A stretch of 32,000 nt of DNA from the NCBI RefSeq assembly GCF_900095195.1, contig NZ_LT606950.1, positions 120,001 to 152,000 of the forward strand. The letters run 5' to 3'. Shown here in pieces: positions 1-9,697 of the stretch. A program made the position numbers and the translations under genes. The notes below the pieces were generated by a model that saw nothing but the letters and a program-made list of their open reading frames with translations, was not told where the DNA came from and made no database searches. How positions within the stretch are numbered: the first letter of the stretch is position 1; the number at the start of each line of letters is the position of its first letter. Source of the stretch: Polynucleobacter necessarius (GTDB lineage: Bacteria > Pseudomonadota > Gammaproteobacteria > Burkholderiales > Burkholderiaceae).

Positions 1-1
1 T

Positions 2-262
2 ACGGCGCATCAGCAGAGGGTTTGGAAGCGTGTTCGTGAAATACCGGCTGGTAAGGCGATAACCTATGGAGAGATTGCTGGCGCTATTAAAAGCGGCGCA
101 CGAGCAGTAGGTACTGCTTGTGGTGCAAACCCTTATCCACTTATTACTCCATGTCATCGGGTGATTTCAGCTCAGGGCATTGGGGGCTTTATGAAAGAGG
201 ATTCCCCAGGTTTTTATCGTCAAATCAAGATTTGGCTACTAAAGCATGAGGGAGTGCTTTAA
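2..262 (+). CDS. ogt: Methylated-DNA--protein-cysteine methyltransferase (Ogt/MGMT), C-terminal part; 5' end lies outside the window
   Basis: Frame 2 is open from the window edge to TAA at 260-262. The translation ...ITYGEIAGAIKSGARAVGTACGANPYPLITPCHRVISAQGIGGF... contains the PCHRV active-site cysteine motif of O6-alkylguanine alkyltransferases. Confidence 0.85.
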   Translation, partial: TAHQQRVWKRVREIPAGKAITYGEIAGAIKSGARAVGTACGANPYPLITPCHRVISAQGIGGFMKEDSPGFYRQIKIWLLKHEGVL

Positions 263-265
263 GAA

Positions 266-1249
266 TTAGATCGCCCTTCTGAGGGCGCCAGAGGCGATAT
301 AAAAAAAGAGTTGCATCAATGTATTGCTTCTAACAGCAATTTTCGCAAAAGCGTAAAAAGTCATCACGGTTGCTCTCGTCAGCTTTACCTCATCTTTGTG
401 ATCAAAGTGTTTACGGTTCGCAATTTTTGACAAAGTCATCACAGCAAGACCAAAGGCCAAGAAGCAGAAGCGCCTTATTCCGCCATCCCCTTCTGGTATC
501 AGCAGGATGTATTGCAGTGATTCTTGAAGTTTTTGATAGGCGATTTGCAGTAGTGCGGCATGGCTGATACCAACCGGCTTCCAAGAGACTCCGCGTGCCC
601 TATCCTCAGGGGAGTCTTTCAGAATATTGGTTATTTGCAGGGCTTGTCCAAAAGCAATAGCAAGCGGTTCATGTCCCTTAATATTTTTCAAAAACTCCTT
701 TGAGTGATTGCTGAAAATCGTTGTGAGAAGTTCCCCCACCACCCCTGCAACAACATAGCAGTAATCTTCAAACTCACCCAGATCCTTTAGCCCCGCCTGA
801 TTTTGTTTTCCATGAAAGCGCGACATTCCCTCCGACATGATGGAAACGCATCGAGCTACTGCTGCCCGATCCTGAATCGAGCAAGTGTGCAGAATTCTCA
901 AGACCGTTGGCGTATTGATGATTAAATCCAGTTCATCTTGGTTGCCGTATGCATGGAGTTCTGTAAGACAAGGCTTAACAAATGATTGCACATCCGATTT
1001 TTCTAGAACTGCGTTGAGAAATAATCGAGACAGTTGTTGCTTTACCTCCGGCTTTAAGCCTGCCGCATCTTCGATAGTGTCGACGATGCGGCACAGGAGG
1101 TATGTATTGCCGACGACTTTCTCAACCTCAGGCGGCAGTAGGGGGATGGTTAGCGCAAATGTTCTCGAGACTGAGCCCAAAATAGCCTTTTGATAGGCTA
1201 AATCAGCGTCTCGGTTCTGGGCATTATTTGGGGCGAGTGTCTGCACCAA
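266..1249 (-). CDS. Squalene synthase-like protein (squalene/phytoene synthase family, farnesyl-diphosphate farnesyltransferase type)
   Basis: 327-aa ORF. It has SRTFALTIPLLP...YLLCRIVDTIED (first Asp-rich motif), YCYVVAGVVGELL, and NILKDSPEDRARG (second Asp-rich motif). These resemble eukaryote-type SQS more than the CrtB/HpnD pattern (YAFCR..DD). The start is TTG (1249) or the adjacent GTG (1246); there is no in-frame ATG nearby, so the start is uncertain. Confidence 0.75.
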   Translation of the reverse strand: MVQTLAPNNAQNRDADLAYQKAILGSVSRTFALTIPLLPPEVEKVVGNTYLLCRIVDTIEDAAGLKPEVKQQLSRLFLNAVLEKSDVQSFVKPCLTELHAYGNQDELDLIINTPTVLRILHTCSIQDRAAVARCVSIMSEGMSRFHGKQNQAGLKDLGEFEDYCYVVAGVVGELLTTIFSNHSKEFLKNIKGHEPLAIAFGQALQITNILKDSPEDRARGVSWKPVGISHAALLQIAYQKLQESLQYILLIPEGDGGIRRFCFLAFGLAVMTLSKIANRKHFDHKDEVKLTRATVMTFYAFAKIAVRSNTLMQLFFYIASGALRRAI

Positions 1250-1349
1250 TGAATTATGTCAGACAGGCCCTAAATGAACCTCTATTTCCTTAGTATCAAA
1301 AGTGACATAGCCATATAATTTCACCAAATTCTGACAGGAGAAACAGGGC

Positions 1350-2763
1350 GTGTTGATTTGGTTCGTCATCGCTCATTGGGTCGTATCGGTCGGCATCGGC
1401 TTATGGGCAGCCTTGCGCGTGAAAAATACCGCTGACTTTGCAGCGGCAGGTCACAGTCTTCCGATGCCAATCGTGACGGCGACTGTGTTTGCTACTTGGT
1501 TTGGCTCAGAGACAATGTTAGGCATCCCTGCAACATTTTTAAAAGAGGGCTTGGGCGGGGTCGTGTCCGACCCTTTTGGATCCTCCCTATGTTTAATTTT
1601 AGTCGGTTTGTTTTTTGCGCGCCATCTCTACAACCGTCGAATGTTGACGATCGGCGATTTCTTTCGTGAAAAAATATGGCCGCACTGTTGAGGTATTAGT
1701 CACCCTTTGTATTGTGGTGTCCTACTTGGGTTGGGTTGCTGCACAAATTAAAGCACTTGGTTTGGTCTTTAACGTAGTATCAGAGGGCAGCATTTCTCAA
1801 ACTGGTGGCATGATGATTGGTGCCGCAAGCGTACGGATCTATACCTTATTTGGCGGTATGTGGTCAGCGGCAATCACTGACTTTATTCAAATGATCATCA
1901 TCGTGATTGGTATGTTGTATATCGGCGGGGAAATGACAACCCAAACAGGCGGCATTGGCGTAGTCATTGAACATGCCGCAGCAGCTGGTCAATGCAGCAA
2001 CTTCTGCCCGATATGAATTTAGCCTCTATCTTGGGCTTTGTCGCGGCTCTGTGCACGATGATGCTGGGCTCTATTCCGCAGCAAGACGTGTTCCAACGAA
2101 TTACCTCCAGTAAAAACGTGAATATTGCAGTGAATGCCGCCATTCTGGGTGGCGTGTTGTATTTCATCTTGTGTTTGTACCGATGTAAATGGCCTATTCA
2201 GCCACGCTCATCAATCCAGGATTGGTAAATGAATACTTAGGTACTGATCCGCAAATGATTTTGCCGAAGTTGATTCTGAATCGTGCGCCACTCATTGCGC
2301 AGGTAATGTTTTTTGGCGCATTGCTTTCGGCAATCAAGAGTTGTGCGAGCGCGACATTGCTCGCACCATCGGTTACTTTTGCTGAGAATATTGTGAGAGG
2401 TTTTTTAAGCACTTATCGGATCATGATTTGCTCAAAATTATGCGCATCACTGTCTTGTGTTTTGCGGTAGTAGTGACATTCTTTGCAATTAATTCAGAGC
2501 TGTCTATTTTTAAAATGGTCGAGAGTGCATACAAGGTAATGTTGGTAGCGGCGTTTGTACCATTGGCATTTGGTGTGTGCTGGTCAAGAGCAAATTCGTT
2601 GGGCGGTCTTCTAGCAGTGGTTAGTGGTCTGATCATCTGGATCAGTTGTGAGATCTTGGCGCCAAACGCCATCATGCCTCCTCAGTTAGCTGGCTTATTG
2701 GCCAGCATTGCCGGAATGATTTTGGGCGGCTTAGTCCCGAAAGATGAATTGAAAGCGGTATAA
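1350..2763 (+). pseudogene. Sodium:solute symporter (SSS family) gene split into five frame segments by about four frameshifts
   Basis: Consecutive ORFs 1350-1691, 1666-2016, 1992-2228, 2189-2470 and 2428-2763 lie in frames 0,1,0,2,1. Joined, they read as one polytopic SSS transporter (...ATWFGSETMLGIPATF..., ...DFFRE|KYGRTVEVL..., ...GSIPQQDVFQRITSSK..., ...FFGALLSAIKSCASATLLAPS..., ...LLKIMRITVLCFAVVV...). The first shift sits in the A6 run at 1669-1674. AGGAG lies upstream of the GTG start at 1350. Confidence 0.85.
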
Positions 2764-2863
2764 ATCCAACATTGCTTAAAAATTAGGCAATTTATTTGTT
2801 GCACCGCAAAACATTCACATTAAAATATTCCTAATTCAAAATTTTTAATCTTGTGGAGTTCCT

Positions 2864-3861
2864 ATGAAAATCCGTGTGATCGGTGGAGGCGGCGCCATTG
2901 GCGGCTACTTAGCTGTCATGTTGGCGCGTGGGTAATGATGTCACCGTCGTTGCGCGTGGTGCAACTTTAGCCGCAATCAAAGAGTGCGGCTTGGCGTTGA
3001 TTATGGACGATCAGCCTGAGCCATTAGTTGCTCAAGTGAAGGCGGTCGAGAAAATTCGTGATGCAGAAACGCCGGACGTTGTCATTTTGGCCGTCAAGGC
3101 GCATCAGGTTGAGCCGATCATTGATGATCTAGCTGCGATCATGGGCCCAGAAACGATTTTGATTCCGATGCAAAACGGAATTCCACGGTGGTATTTCCAA
3201 AAGTTGGGCGGCGAGTACCAAGACCATTCTGTAGAAACGGTCGACGCTGGTGGATTGGCAAAGAAAGCGATTAACCCAAACAATATTATTGGTTGCGTTG
3301 TTTATCCCGCAACGTTCACTCAAGCTCCTGGAGTCATTCGTCATGTGGAGGGAAATCGATTTCCCTTAGGTGAGCTGGATGGCAAGTCTACCGAGAGTAT
3401 TCAGAAGATATCTGAAATGATGGCAGCCGCTGGATTTAAGTCACCGATTTTGGACGACATTCGCTCTGAGATTTGGCTCAAATTGTGGGCAATATGACCT
3501 TCAATCCAATCAGCTCTCTGACTCACGGTACTCTGGAGGGCACAAAGGATTAGCCCGCAATATGATGGCCGAGGCACAAACGATCTCTGAGAAACTTGGC
3601 GTGACTTTCCGGGTGGATATCGAGCGACGTATTGCTGGAGCGGAGAAGGTTGGTAAGCACAAGACCTCTATGTTGCGGGACTTAGAGGCCGGCAGAAGTC
3701 TTGAAATTGATGCGCTCTTGGGTTCAGTCATTGAGTTGGGCAAGATTACTCAAACACCAACCCCTTGTTTAAATACGGTATTTGCTTTGACAAAATATTT
3801 GGATGAAAACGTACAAGCCTCAAAAGGAAGTTTGGCATTGCCATCGGTTTCGGGCTACTAA
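2864..3861 (+). pseudogene. 2-dehydropantoate 2-reductase family (PanE/ApbA-like) gene with about three frameshifts
   Basis: ATG at 2864 (GGAG upstream) gives MKIRVIGGGGAIGGYLAVMLARG, then a stop. The sequence continues in another frame as GNDVTVVARG...EIWLKLW (2928-3497). It then reads NMTFNPISSLTHGTLEG in the frame starting at 3491, then ...LARNMMAEAQTISEKLGV...LLGSVIELGK (3562-3861). It has an N-terminal GxGxxG Rossmann motif and the family signature WxKLxxN(x)xxNPxxAL. Confidence 0.8.
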
Positions 3862-3882
3862 AAAATTTTCATTGCACGCATT

Positions 3883-3920
3883 AAAAAACCCTTGCTACCG
3901 AACATAGCAAGGGTTTTTTT
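3883..3920. terminator. Bidirectional intrinsic terminator between convergent pseudogenes
   Basis: AAAAAA-CCCTTGCTA-ccgaaca-TAGCAAGGG-TTTTTTT. A perfect 9-bp stem is flanked by an A-run on one side and a T-run on the other. Confidence 0.7.
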
Positions 3921-3953
3921 ATTTTGAGGAGTGGGTGAGCTTGTGGTTCAGGA

Positions 3954-4719
3954 TCACTCAAAACGATTATCGAGTCTGCCAACGCCCTCAATAATGATGC
4001 TGACATTACTACCCGGTTTCATTGAGCAAACGCCCACAGATGTACCGCAGGCGATAATGTCCCCCGCTTCCAGCGGTACATCTTGAGAAATTAGGCTCAC
4101 CAATTTTGCTGGCGGGAAGATCATATCTGCCACGGGATAATTTTGACGCTCTTGCTCGCTCAAAATTGTTTTAATAGTGAGATTGCTGGGATCGATATCA
4201 GTAATGATGTAGGGGCCAAAACACCAAAGGTATTAAAGCTCTTTGAGCGAGTCCATTGAGCATATCCAGGATCGCGATTCAGAATTTCAATGGCCGTGAC
4301 GTCATTGATGCAGGTGTAGCCAAAAATTGCTTGGGCTGCTTCCGCTTCGGTTGCCTCGTGTATGTGCTGGCCAATGACGATGCCCAGCTCTCCTTCATAA
4401 ACTACTTTGCCAGTGTAAGACTTTGGTGTGCGAATGACTTGGTTCGCTGCTAAGAAGGAGTTATTGCCCTTCAAAAAATATAAGGGCTCAGCGGGTACAG
4501 CATGTTCAAGTTTGGTGACCAGTGCGTGAAAGTTATCAACCATCGCCACTATTTTGGACGGCGTGCAGGGGTGTCGATAGTGACATCTGCTAGCTTGACT
4601 GTTTCGCCGGTTGGTTTTGGATTTTGAAATCAATTGCCAGAATACACAGCAATTTGATCGCCTTGTACCTGCCCCAAACAAACTTGTCCTTGATGCTGAA
4701 ATCTGAGCCATTGAGCCAT
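3954..4719 (-). pseudogene. Fumarylacetoacetate hydrolase (FAH) family protein gene with about three frameshifts
   Basis: ATG at 4719 gives MAQWLRFQHQGQVCLGQVQGDQIAVYSGN, then a stop. Next comes FQNPKPTGETVKLADVTIDTPA.. in a second frame. Then ..PSKIVAMVDNFH...GELGIVIG...FGYTCINDVTA...WTRSKSFNTFGV in a third frame. After a shift at the run 4218-4221, it reads FGPYIITDIDPSNLTIKTILSEQERQNYPVADMIFPP...IIACGTSVGV... (ORF 3954-4163). Confidence 0.8.
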
Positions 4720-4790
4720 GACGAGTTCCTAAATAAATAAATTGATTTTTGTATTTGTGTCAGCGTCTTACTTGAAATACCTTGAGAAGC

Positions 4791-5795
4791 TTAAGTTTGG
4801 CGTTCAAGCGAGTAGATGCATAGGTCACGAAGTGCTTCAGTAGCTTCATTATTGGGAAAGTTATTGATGCATTCCAAGGCAAGATCGGCTTCACGTTTTG
4901 CGGCAGCCTGCGTGTAATCCAGCGCACCAGAACGTTGTACTGCACTGAGAATTTGCGTAAATACATCGTCCGGTAAATCTTGGTTTTGTTCAATGGCCGC
5001 GCGTACTAATAATCGTTCTTCGTTAGTGCCGTTTTCGAGAAGATAAATTAGCGGTAGGGTTGGTTTACCTTCCCGTAAATCATCCCCTGCAATTTTCCCC
5101 ATCTGCGCTGCATTCGCTGTGTAATCCAGCAAGTCATCCATGAGCTGGAATGCGGTACCAATGTGGCGACCAAACGCGGCTGCCTGCCCACGATGAATAT
5201 CTGAAGCATTTGCCAGGATGGCTCCAAGCTCAGTAGAGGCCTCAAATAACTTTGCAGTTTTATAGCGAATCACTTGAAGATAACTGGCCTCACCAACCTC
5301 AGGATCATTCATATTGAGTAGCTGCAACACTTCGCCTTCGGCAATCGTGTTGGTAGCATCGGACAAAATTTGCATCACGCGCAAATCATTGGGTCCGACC
5401 ATCATTTGAAATGCTCGAGAATATAAAAAGTCCCCTACTAAAACGCTGGCTGCATTGCCAAAAGCGGCATTGGCGGTTTCACGACCGCGTCTTAAGGTAG
5501 ATTCATCCACTACATCGTCATGCAATAAGGTGGCCGTGTGAATGAATTCCACTACAGCAGCCATTTTTAGGGTGTGTGGCGTTGGCTTGCCATCGGCTAA
5601 GGCCTTGGCTACTAGCATTAAAAGGGCTGGTCTAACCCGCTTGCCACCGGCTTGAATGATGTAGGTGGAGATTTGGTCAATTAGAGCAACTTTTGAGGCT
5701 AATCGCTCGCGTATGACCAGATCTAAGTCCTTGAATTCTAAGGAAATGGGGGCTAGGATTTGGCCTAAGTCATTGATTTTGACAGTGCTGGTCAT
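4791..5795 (-). CDS. ispB: Octaprenyl-diphosphate synthase (long-chain polyprenyl diphosphate synthase)
   Basis: 334-aa intact ORF with LLHDDVVDES and FQLMDDLLDY Asp-rich motifs and GKxxGDDLREGKPTLPLI. It is divergent from rplU-rpmA, as in E. coli and Burkholderiales. Confidence 0.9.
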   Translation of the reverse strand: MTSTVKINDLGQILAPISLEFKDLDLVIRERLASKVALIDQISTYIIQAGGKRVRPALLMLVAKALADGKPTPHTLKMAAVVEFIHTATLLHDDVVDESTLRRGRETANAAFGNAASVLVGDFLYSRAFQMMVGPNDLRVMQILSDATNTIAEGEVLQLLNMNDPEVGEASYLQVIRYKTAKLFEASTELGAILANASDIHRGQAAAFGRHIGTAFQLMDDLLDYTANAAQMGKIAGDDLREGKPTLPLIYLLENGTNEERLLVRAAIEQNQDLPDDVFTQILSAVQRSGALDYTQAAAKREADLALECINNFPNNEATEALRDLCIYSLERQT

Positions 5796-5870
5796 GCAAG
5801 ATATAATGATAGGCCTAGCTTATCCAGGGTGGATTGGCTTAAATGTAGATATTAATTGAAGTTTCAAACC

Positions 5871-6182
5871 ATGTACGCGGTCATAAAAACCGGTGGCAAA
5901 CAGTATAAAGTTGCTGCTGGCGAAAAATTGAAAATAGAACAGATACCAGCGGAAATCGGCAGCGAAATCACTCTTGACCAAGTCCTCGCCGTTGGCGAAG
6001 GCGCTTCACTGAAGTTGGGTGATCCATTGGTTAATGGTGCAGCTGTGATGGCCACTGTCGTCTCCCAAGGACGTCACGATAAAGTGACAATCTTTAAGAT
6101 GCGCCGTCGCAAGCATTATCAAAAGCACCAAGGCCATCGTCAGAATTTCACTGAAATTTTGATCAACACGATCAAAGCCTAA
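5871..6182 (+). CDS. rplU: 50S ribosomal protein L21
   Basis: [14 protein letters not shown]... from ATG 5871. The TTG at 5856 in the ORF track is an upstream in-frame extension. Confidence 0.95.
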   Translation: MYAVIKTGGKQYKVAAGEKLKIEQIPAEIGSEITLDQVLAVGEGASLKLGDPLVNGAAVMATVVSQGRHDKVTIFKMRRRKHYQKHQGHRQNFTEILINTIKA

Positions 6183-6201
6183 TTCAGGGTAGGAGAAAGA
6201 T

Positions 6202-6462
6202 ATGGCACAGAAAAAAGGCGGCGGCTCAACACGAAATGGCCGCGACTCAGAGGCGAAACGCCTAGGCGTTAAGGTATTTGGTGGCGAGCATATTAATGCT
6301 GGCAGCATCATCGTTCGTCAACGTGGCACACGTGTTCATCCAGGCGCTAACGTTGGCATTGGTAAAGATCACACTTTGTTCGCACTCATTAACGGTCAAG
6401 TGCAATTTGGCGTTAAGGGTGCATTGAAGAAGGCCCAAGTCTCAGTATTGCCTCGTTCATAA
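6202..6462 (+). CDS. rpmA: 50S ribosomal protein L27
   Basis: [29 protein letters not shown]...IIVRQRGT is the canonical L27 sequence. AGGAGA lies upstream. Confidence 0.95.
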   Translation: MAQKKGGGSTRNGRDSEAKRLGVKVFGGEHINAGSIIVRQRGTRVHPGANVGIGKDHTLFALINGQVQFGVKGALKKAQVSVLPRS

Positions 6463-6519
6463 GGCGCCTGACTGAGACCCGTTTAATTCAGATCCAATCC
6501 GAATTTAACTCTTAGGAAC

Positions 6520-6546
6520 AGGCCTCGCTTGGCGAGGCCTTTTTTA
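6520..6546 (+). terminator. Intrinsic terminator/attenuator between rpmA and obg
   Basis: AGGCCTCGC-ttg-GCGAGGCCT followed by TTTTT. The T-tract ends 3 nt before the obg ATG at 6549. Confidence 0.7.
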
Positions 6547-6548
6547 TT

Positions 6549-7649
6549 ATGAAATTTATAGACGAAGCACGCATTGAAGTTATTGCCGGCCAAGGTGGCG
6601 CCGGAAGCGCCTCTATGCGCCGCGAAAAGTTTATTGAATTTGGTGGTCCTGATGGCGGTGATGGCGGCAGGGGTGGAAGTGTATGGGCCATTGCTGATCG
6701 CAACATCAATACACTTATTGATTACCGGTATGCTAAAACGCACACTGCAAAAAATGGCGAACCAGGTCGAGGCGCTGATTGTTATGGTCGTGCGGGTGAC
6801 GATATTGAATTGCGTATGCCAGTAGGCACCATCATTACTGATCATGAGACCGGTGAACCAATCGCCGATTTAACGACGCATGGTGAGCGGTTGTGTTTGG
6901 CCCAGGGTGGCGTTGGTGGTTGGGGTAATATTCATTTCAAGAGTAGTACCAATAGGGCGCCACGTCAAAAAACCAATGGCAAGTCTGGCGAACGTCGCAA
7001 ACTCAAACTGGAATTAAAAGTATTGGCTGACGTAGGTTTGTTGGGAATGCCAAACGCTGGTAAATCGACGTTGATTACTGCGGTATCCAATGCGCGCCCC
7101 AAGATTGCGGACTATCCATTCACAACTTTGCATCCGAATTTGGGCGTGGTGCGGGTGGGTAATGAGCGTAGCTTTGTAATTGCCGATATCCCAGGGTTAA
7201 TTGAGGGTGCGGCAGAGGGCGCAGGTCTGGGTCACCGATTCTTACGGCATCTACAGCGTACGGGCGTGCTCTTGCATTTGGTTGATCTTGCGCCATTTGA
7301 TGAAAACGTAGATCCAGTGGCGGATGCGAATGCGATCGTCAATGAATTGCGCAAATATGACGAGGCTCTAGCAGAGAAGCCACGTTGGTTGGTGCTAAAT
7401 AAGGTCGACATGATTCCCGAAGGGGATCGTAAAAAAATCGTTGCCGACTTTGTAAAGAACTTTCAGTGGCAAGGGCCAGTTTTTGAAATCTCAGCCCTCA
7501 CGGGTATGGGTTGCGAAAAGCTAGGTTATGTCTTGCAAGACTATTTGGATTCTGTGCGTCGTGATCGCGATGATGCTGAGGAGCGTGCAGCAGATCCGCG
7601 TTATCAAGAGCAGCATCAAGATGCTAGTCATGATAAAGCGCCTGATTAA
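6549..7649 (+). CDS. obgE: GTPase Obg/CgtA
   Basis: [42 protein letters not shown] is a glycine-rich Obg fold. The G domain has [18 protein letters not shown] and NKVD. Confidence 0.95.
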   Translation: MKFIDEARIEVIAGQGGAGSASMRREKFIEFGGPDGGDGGRGGSVWAIADRNINTLIDYRYAKTHTAKNGEPGRGADCYGRAGDDIELRMPVGTIITDHETGEPIADLTTHGERLCLAQGGVGGWGNIHFKSSTNRAPRQKTNGKSGERRKLKLELKVLADVGLLGMPNAGKSTLITAVSNARPKIADYPFTTLHPNLGVVRVGNERSFVIADIPGLIEGAAEGAGLGHRFLRHLQRTGVLLHLVDLAPFDENVDPVADANAIVNELRKYDEALAEKPRWLVLNKVDMIPEGDRKKIVADFVKNFQWQGPVFEISALTGMGCEKLGYVLQDYLDSVRRDRDDAEERAADPRYQEQHQDASHDKAPD

Positions 7650-7686
7650 ACTGATAAACCAAGCAAAAGAAGATTCTTTATTTGTT

Positions 7687-8475
7687 ATGAGCCAGAAGCA
7701 CACCAAACGCATTGTTGTTAAAGTGGGATCTAGCCTAGTCACCAATAATGGTGAAGGATTAGATCATGATGCTATAGCGAAGTGGGCTAAGCAAATTGCA
7801 GGGTTGTTGAAAAATGGTCATGAAGTTTTGATGGTCAGTTCGGGCGCAATTGCTGAAGGCATGCAACGCTTGGGTTGGTCAAAGCGCCCACAAGAAATTC
7901 ATCAATTGCAAGCTGCTGCAGCGGTTGGTCAGATGGGTTTAGTGCAGGTATATGAGAGTTGTTTCGCGCAATTTAATTTGCGAAGCGCACAAGTTCTGTT
8001 AACCAATGCCGACTTGGCGCATACAGAGCGCAATGCTAACGCAAAAGGCACGCTAGATACTTTGTTAAAGCTCGGTGTCGTGCCTATCATTAATGAGAAT
8101 GACACCGTCGTAACTGATGAAATTAAATTTGGTGACAACGATAGTCTCGCTGCTTTAGTAACAAACTTAGTTCAAGCGGATTTATTGGTCATTCTGACTG
8201 ATCAAGGCGGCCTTTATACTGCTGACCCTCGTCAAAATTCTGGCGCCACTCTTGTCTCGGATGCTAAAGCTGGTGATCCTGATTTAGAAAAAATGGCGGG
8301 TGCTGCTGCAAGCGAACTTAGTAAAGGTGGCATGCTAACGAAGGTATTGGCCGCAAAAATTGCCGGTCAATCGGGTGCAATTACAGTCATTGCCTCCGGC
8401 CGTGAGTCGGAGGTATTAACCGGGCTCTTGACTGGCGAAAAGATTGGTACACGCCTTACCCATGCTGCCGACTAA
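7687..8475 (+). CDS. proB: Glutamate 5-kinase, amino-acid-kinase domain only (no PUA domain)
   Basis: [20 protein letters not shown]...SSGAIAEGM...[22 protein letters not shown]...[13 protein letters not shown]...VIASGRE. The ORF is 262 aa and stops 11 nt before the stop of the convergent gene at 8487. The ORF-track start at 7528 is an in-frame extension overlapping obg. Confidence 0.85.
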   Translation: MSQKHTKRIVVKVGSSLVTNNGEGLDHDAIAKWAKQIAGLLKNGHEVLMVSSGAIAEGMQRLGWSKRPQEIHQLQAAAAVGQMGLVQVYESCFAQFNLRSAQVLLTNADLAHTERNANAKGTLDTLLKLGVVPIINENDTVVTDEIKFGDNDSLAALVTNLVQADLLVILTDQGGLYTADPRQNSGATLVSDAKAGDPDLEKMAGAAASELSKGGMLTKVLAAKIAGQSGAITVIASGRESEVLTGLLTGEKIGTRLTHAAD

Positions 8476-8486
8476 CAAGTAAATCT

Positions 8487-9050
8487 TTATTCAACTCCGA
8501 AGGAGTTGGTTGGTTTTGTGCCACCAGTAAATCCGCTTGGATTGAGTGATTGAAGAACTGTTTTGATATTTTTTTCTTGGGTATCGAAATTACAGAATGC
8601 TCCTTGCGCAAGTGCTGCTTGGTAGCGATTCGGCACATTACTCTGAATGGTTTTCCAGCTAGAAAGCGGATTTTCTCTCCAAGTATTATTTTCGAGGTTG
8701 CCATAAAGACGCCATTGAAATGAATCACAGCGAATGCCTTCGTATTGTGCTTGTTGGCCGCCACTTGGATTGGTGATGACTACAATGTAGTGTGTTATCC
8801 CGTCTGGGCCAATCAAAATGGAATCAGTGTCAACGGCGAACTTAAAGATTGTTTGTTGAGAGACATAAAACGGCAGTAGGGTTGAGGGATTGGGCGGGTT
8901 GGATGGCATTTTGGTTGCGCCTTCTTTGAATACCATCGGAGCAAAAGGATCTAGCCCGCTTTCAATGGGGTCTCCGGCGCAAGCAAATAAACCCAAGGCA
9001 ATCACCACGCAAGCAATTATTTTTATGAAGTTGGTTAATGAATTTCTCAT
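8487..9050 (-). CDS. CNP1-like family lipoprotein
   Basis: The signal peptide with lipobox (IALGLFAC) marks a lipoprotein. The body [49 protein letters not shown]...[12 protein letters not shown] matches my recollection of the CNP1-like family found next to rppH in Burkholderiales. Its start overlaps the rppH stop (ATGA, 9047-9050). Confidence 0.65.
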   Translation of the reverse strand: MRNSLTNFIKIIACVVIALGLFACAGDPIESGLDPFAPMVFKEGATKMPSNPPNPSTLLPFYVSQQTIFKFAVDTDSILIGPDGITHYIVVITNPSGGQQAQYEGIRCDSFQWRLYGNLENNTWRENPLSSWKTIQSNVPNRYQAALAQGAFCNFDTQEKNIKTVLQSLNPSGFTGGTKPTNSFGVE

Positions 9051-9649
9051 GATTTTGGCTTATCCGATTTAGAGATATCTTTGCTAGCTGAATCACCTCT
9101 GGAATAAAAGGACTGCAGAAGATCAATCGGAGTTCCCCATGCGAGTTGTTGCATGCGAACGCCTTTAGCAAGGTAACGCGCAAGCTCTGATAGAGCGAGT
9201 TGATACACCTCACGTTTAAACCCAATGACGGCATCTAATTGAATCCAGAATGGTACCCAGCGCCATGCATCGAATTCTGGATGTTCTGTAGCTCGTAGTT
9301 GAATGTCGCTATCAAGACAGATAAATCGCAGTAAAAACCAAATTTGTTTTTGCCCCCGATAGGCAGCACGATGAACACGCGTAGCATGTTGACGGCGCAA
9401 GTACTCCTCAGGGACATCGTAGCGAAGCCAATCCCTAGTGCGCCCAATTATTTGGACATGTTCCGGCAGCAAGCCAACCTCTTCATGCAATTCGCGGTAC
9501 ATCGCTTGCTCAGGACTCTCGCCATGAGTTATCCCGCCCTGCGGGAACTGCCACGAATGCTGCCCAACGCGTTTTCCCCAGAAAACCTCGTTACGGCTGT
9601 TAAGGAGGACAATGCCGACGTTGGGTCGATACCCTTCACGGTCAAGCAT
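9047..9649 (-). CDS. rppH: RNA pyrophosphohydrolase (Nudix)
   Basis: [17 protein letters not shown]...[28 protein letters not shown] contains the Nudix box GGx5Ex7REUxEExGU. Confidence 0.9.
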   Translation of the reverse strand: MLDREGYRPNVGIVLLNSRNEVFWGKRVGQHSWQFPQGGITHGESPEQAMYRELHEEVGLLPEHVQIIGRTRDWLRYDVPEEYLRRQHATRVHRAAYRGQKQIWFLLRFICLDSDIQLRATEHPEFDAWRWVPFWIQLDAVIGFKREVYQLALSELARYLAKGVRMQQLAWGTPIDLLQSFYSRGDSASKDISKSDKPKS

Positions 9650-9697
9650 GATCGTGCTCCAAATCCTTTAAAATCAATGATTTGATTATATCCATTC

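Noticed and set aside
1350-4719. Explaining all frameshifts as homopolymer sequencing errors
   Set aside because: This is only partly rejected. Several shifts do sit in short homopolymers. However, the lesions include a TAG nonsense codon, a missing domain and an N-terminal deletion. They are also absent from about 20 kb of essential ORFs that contain comparable homopolymers, such as the long A/T run in ffh near 12456-12475. Read-level confirmation is still needed.
7528-7686. Long N-terminal extensions in the ORF track: proB from 7528, accB from 24419, the aldolase from 28110, mtnP from 28775, and rplU from 5856
   Set aside because: The extensions overlap upstream genes or lack homology. The conserved protein N-termini begin at internal ATGs (7687, 24329, 28176, 28805 and 5871).
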